DNA of 64,000 nucleotides from Paraspadella gotoi (Eukaryota; Animalia; Chaetognatha): the NCBI GenBank assembly GCA_051294375.1, contig CM119271.1, positions 15,692,770 to 15,756,769 on the forward strand, written 5' to 3'. Shown piece by piece: positions 59,586 through 64,000 of the stretch. The number at the start of each line of letters is the position of its first letter. Within the stretch, counting starts at the first letter, position 1. A program made the position numbers and the translations under genes. A model generated the notes under the pieces. It ran no database searches, was not told where the DNA came from, and worked only from the letters and a program-made list of their open reading frames with translations.

Positions 59586-60018
59586 TCACTGGACGCGAAA
59601 GTGATAAAAGTCTATGATGGCTCGAGTGAAATTCCACTGCATGAGGAGGGAGACCGTGTAGACGAGGACCAATCCAGTCATCGGGTACAGGATCGTCTGC
59701 GTAGAATGGGAAAAATTGGGGAAGAATCGAAATTTCATCTCGCTTTCTCTTTCCTCTCACACCTGCGTACTGCGGAAAAAGACTCTCTCTCTCTCTTTCT
59801 CTCTCTCTTCTCCTCTCTCTCTCCCACCTGCGTGCTGCGAAGAAAAGGCAAAGACTTGTATCCCAAGAAGGTGATGTAAACGTAGTAGCAAAGAGCGAAA
59901 AGCCAGAGCGTGTTACCGATAAAACACCCCACGAAGGTGCTGTGACCGATGACTACTGAGGAAAAACAAAATAAAATATATGAGAGAGAGAGAAAAGAAT
60001 CAGTCGTCGTCGTCCTCT

Positions 60019-60093
<75 letters not shown>

Positions 60094-61432
60094 TTACCCG
60101 ACACGAGCGGCAGCTGCAGAACATGAAGGATGAGGATGACGGGGAAGAGGGCGTTGAGGTGAATGTCGAACGAGTAGCCCCATTCAACGTCGAACCCGCG
60201 TCCCGCCGTCGGAGCGATCAAGTATTTGTTCGCCACGAACCTTTTTAAAAAGTTGAGGAAAACATATTTAATAAGTTTGATATGAGATGAGATGATATAA
60301 AAATATCACAAAATAATCTGAAAGGACTGGTTATTATAAAACCATTAATGGTCCATTATTTTTTTAAAGGTAACTCGGTTCTCATATTTATTTGCTATGT
60401 CTCATTCGCTACATTTCTCTTTCATGTTTGTTTTATCGTTTATTGATTTTCATCGCAGAGCGTGTTTGTTTAATACTTAATTAATAATTAATTAATTAAA
60501 ACAAAAATCACCAAAAGACGGATGCGACGACGGCGCCGACGGCGATCGTGTCCACGAAGAACACCCACAGGAGAAACTTGAAAAAGGCGGCGACGCCCAT
60601 TCGCGTCACCAGCGCGAACATCACCGACGACAACTGGGAAAGGGGAGGGTGGTGAGATTGATTGATTGATTGAAAAGAAGAGTTAGGCCTAACATATGGG
60701 GCTAAAACTTTAGTAAACTTTAGTAAGCTTTAGTAAAAGCAAAAAGATTGAATTAATTAAATCTATTCTGGACGACTCGAGTTCGAAGTCCGAACTCCTA
60801 AATCCTCGACAAAATCCATTCGATGATATTGACTCAGATCAGCCTTTCGAGGTCGCATCGATCCAACTGAGCTTTAAATAACCGAGACCGGATACGCTGA
60901 AACAACTTGGCCGAGCAAACCAAAACAATCAATTAGTTTGTTATCACGAATCAATGATGGCGAGACTCACCAAGAGAAAAAGGCCGAGGAGAATGAGAAA
61001 GGACGGATCGTCCCTCGCCCACTGATCCTTTGTTCGTTTTCGATGCTGGAAATTCAGGTAGACTTTTTGCGGCGCGATGCAAAGATGGATTAGCTGGAGT
61101 GAAAGGGGAAGTTACAGATAAATTATCGATTTTAACTTCAAAAACGGCGGAGGAAGTTCACTTTAGAACATTAAATGTTATTCTTGAAAATAAAATGTTG
61201 ATTGACTCGCCAGTGCCCCGCCGCCTTTTCCACCGACCTGCCAAACGGCGAACTCGAAATCCATTTGACGAAACATGAAGATCCTCCTCAAATATTTGTA
61301 TCCCTTTTCCGTCGCCGTTCTCTTCTTAGGGGAACCGGCGCCGCCTTCGACGCCGCTGCCGCCGCGATGGAAGACGGGGAGTTCGCTCATCGAGGAGGCG
61401 CTCATCAGCGACGCCGAAGATGTCGAGTACAT
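59586..61432 (-). CDS. UNC50: UNC-50 Golgi membrane protein, about 6 exons
   Basis: KYLRRIFMFRQMDFEFAVWQ|LIHLCIAPQKVY..KRTKDQWARDDPSFL, DVEWGYSFDIHLNALFP, YYVYITFLGYKSLPFL. Confidence 0.96.
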
Positions 61433-62527
61433 GGCTTCTCTCTGTCTCAGTCTATACAGTTTTTATCTTCTTCTTATCGTCTAAATATCTCTGTCTCTAA
61501 TTCTCCCGCTTCGTGGGTGAAAATCGTCTTTCCTGTCATTAAGGGTAAAGCGTCAACGAATGTTTGAAAATTATAAACTAACAGATCCTAAACAACGACG
61601 GAAAATAATTCCGCCAATTTGGTGTGGTTTTTTTGTGTGTGATTCGAAATGTCCGGACAATGTACATATTTTCGCTGGGTGTGAATATATCGGTTGGGTG
61701 ATGTACATTAATGTAAAATTAAGTAAAAGACGTAACCATTAATGCGTTTGCAACATGCAACTCGCATCATCACCTACAATTATATTATTTTCTTATTCAT
61801 AAAACTCGAAATGTTAAGTCTTTTTTAGCAAAATAAAAATACCGATAGGAAAAGAATATTACAATGTTCATAAAACGAACACACACCGACGTCAAACACA
61901 CAGAGCGAAAGAGATCAAAAGGCCGGATAAGTAAAGAGAATTAACTTCCTTCGTAAACTTAAAAACAACTAGGAGCGTCACTCCAAAAAACTTTTTACTC
62001 GACCCAGTTTCTGTTAACCGATTCCGTGCGCATTGCGTAATCATTTGTCATTATTCAAACCAACTAACAATATTAAACTCCATGCGGCTATTTTTCAGTC
62101 GCTAATAAATACATAAATTCATAGAGAAACAAACGAGATAGAAGAATAAACTCAAGTATGAGACGCAGGCAAGTGGGGGGGGAAAAAGATCAAAGTATTT
62201 TGTAGATTGGGTTTACTATTAAAACTTGGTCATGTTGGGAAATGAGATAAAATTATAAATATACAGATAAGATGATTATTGGATGTAGATAAAAAGATAT
62301 GTAGTACGTAGTTACCTAAAAGCGGATGAGTGAGCGAATAACATCAAATTAAATTCCTACATAATTCGTGTAATTTCCAACGTTTTAATTCCACAAAAAA
62401 AAGGAAACATTTCTAACAACAAAATTTGAAAACTATCTGTATCGAAATCTAAAAATAGATTTTTTTTGAGCGAAGGTCGAAATAAAAGTAAGTCTCTAGG
62501 AAAATGTTAAAGATCTCTCTCAGTTTC

Positions 62528-63372
62528 TCAGGCTTCGTAGTGCGTCTGAATCTTCTGCAGCAACGCGTCGCAGGTCTTCTTGGCGTCGCCTAGCAACATG
62601 CTGTTGTTGTTCTTGAAGAAGACGGGGTTGTCGACGGCCGCGTAGCCGACGCCGAGGGATCGCTTCATGACGATCGTCTGCGCCGCCTGCCAGACGCGGA
62701 GCACGGGCATTCCTTGATGGGGGAAGGGAGAGAAAAAGCTTAAATATGAAAAATACGTTCGAGATGTATCCTAATTACAATATTAATATACCGCAAATTA
62801 CGTATTTGTTACAACTGTTCTTCTCGTTGTTAAATTGTTATGTTTGTCAACGTTGGTTGAAACAGGGTTAATTCAAAATTAGATCCGATTTTCTTAATCT
62901 CCTTTGCATAAAGTAGCAGTACAGAAAATTATAATATTTTTAGATTGGGTAGGTTTAAATATGGTGATCTTAGGTTATGTCTCATTTAATGTAGTGTAAA
63001 GTATTGAGGTCTCGTTGCCAATTGGTTCATGTCGTTTAAGTAGATTATGTAATCATTTTCATCATAATCATTCCCTCCACTCACTAACCAGCAATGATGG
63101 AGTTGGGATCGTCCTCGGCCGCGGAGTTGACGGTGTCGTTGGCGCCGATAACGAGCACCAAGTCCGTCTTGGGGAAATCGTCGTTGATCTCGTCCATCTC
63201 CAGCACGTAGTCGTAAGGGACGCCCGCCTCCGCCAGCAAGACGTTCAATTGGCCTGGCATCCGTCCGGCGACCGGGTGGATCCCGAATCGCACGTTCTTC
63301 TTTCCTTTTTTGATGAGGAGGTCAACCATCTGGGCGATGGGATATTGGGCTTGGGCCACGCAGAGGCCATAC
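62528..63372 (-). CDS. NNT: NAD(P) transhydrogenase, last two exons (NADP-binding domain III); gene continues beyond the window
   Basis: [62 protein letters not shown]|[37 protein letters not shown]. Confidence 0.97.
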
Positions 63373-64000
63373 CTTAAAAAAAATGAACGGGAGGGAAATG
63401 GGGAAACGATGAATCAAATTTAGTGTGAAACCCGAAAACATGTCAATTTCAGCCAACTTTGACTAAAATTAGTTTAAGAAAGGACGAGCAAAAGTTACGG
63501 GTTGAAACCTAATAATAAATGAAAAGGCAACTCCCTTCCCGAGTTTCCTAGAAGTAGCAAGCAGTTTATATCTCTAAAGTTTTGCTCTGAAAAAGGTGAG
63601 TAATTTTAAATTCAAGATGAAACCGTGAGATAAACTAATCAAATTCAACCGCAATATGTGTAGAGATATTGTCGTTGCTCTTTTGCTTTTTATAGTTTCT
63701 TCATAGCTCTGATAGAGTTCGCTTTTTGCTTACTTTCCCTCTACTTTTCTCTTCCAGTTCAAATACTAGTAGGCCAAATATGTAGACCATAGGCTTCCTA
63801 CCCGTCCACAAACGGCCTTTTTACGACGGTAGTCAGCAAGTAGCCACGTCACCAGTCACGTCACCTACGTCACCATTTTCCAGATACTTTAGTCAGAGGG
63901 ATAAGAGCCCACAACGAAGCCACAAGACTGGACTTGCGGTGGCTATGAACTGGGCCACAGGCCTTTCGGACTTGCGGTCTTACGAAGTGGACGACGCTGT

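Noticed and set aside
63760-63880. Weak similarity to 38520-38610
   Set aside because: Probably another decayed dispersed repeat, but too degenerate to define by eye.

Overview
Gene-dense eukaryotic DNA from a bilaterian invertebrate (inferred from an HR3/ROR nuclear receptor, Piwi, CoREST-like, AREL1 and SKA1 genes). Exons are GC/CpG-rich, introns AT-rich, and there is one 736-N gap. I reconstructed 17 protein-coding genes by hand-splicing, and all 17 are on the minus strand, head-to-tail, with stop-to-ATG spacers as short as about 200-330 bp. In transcription order: NNT (partial), UNC50, AREL1, PPP2R2/B55, a CXXC-PHD-PHD-C2H2 gene, RNF113A, Piwi, SKA1, TMEM272, an ADH5-ESD fusion, TLCD3, an orphan, a CoREST-like gene, TADA3, AP2M1, HR3/ROR, RPLP1. 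Highlights: (1) an operon/polycistron-like unidirectional array; (2) one spliced ORF of about 700 aa fusing both glutathione-dependent formaldehyde detoxification enzymes, with a mitochondrial-like leader and non-animal-looking motifs; (3) a 515-bp near-perfect palindrome carrying two minimal hammerhead-ribozyme motifs in a Piwi intron, plus a hairpin burying the Piwi AUG; (4) two chromatin proteins with unusual domain architectures; (5) atypical splice signals (frequent AAG and poly-A acceptors, GC donors, tandemly duplicated donors). All homology calls are from motif recognition by eye; no searches were run.
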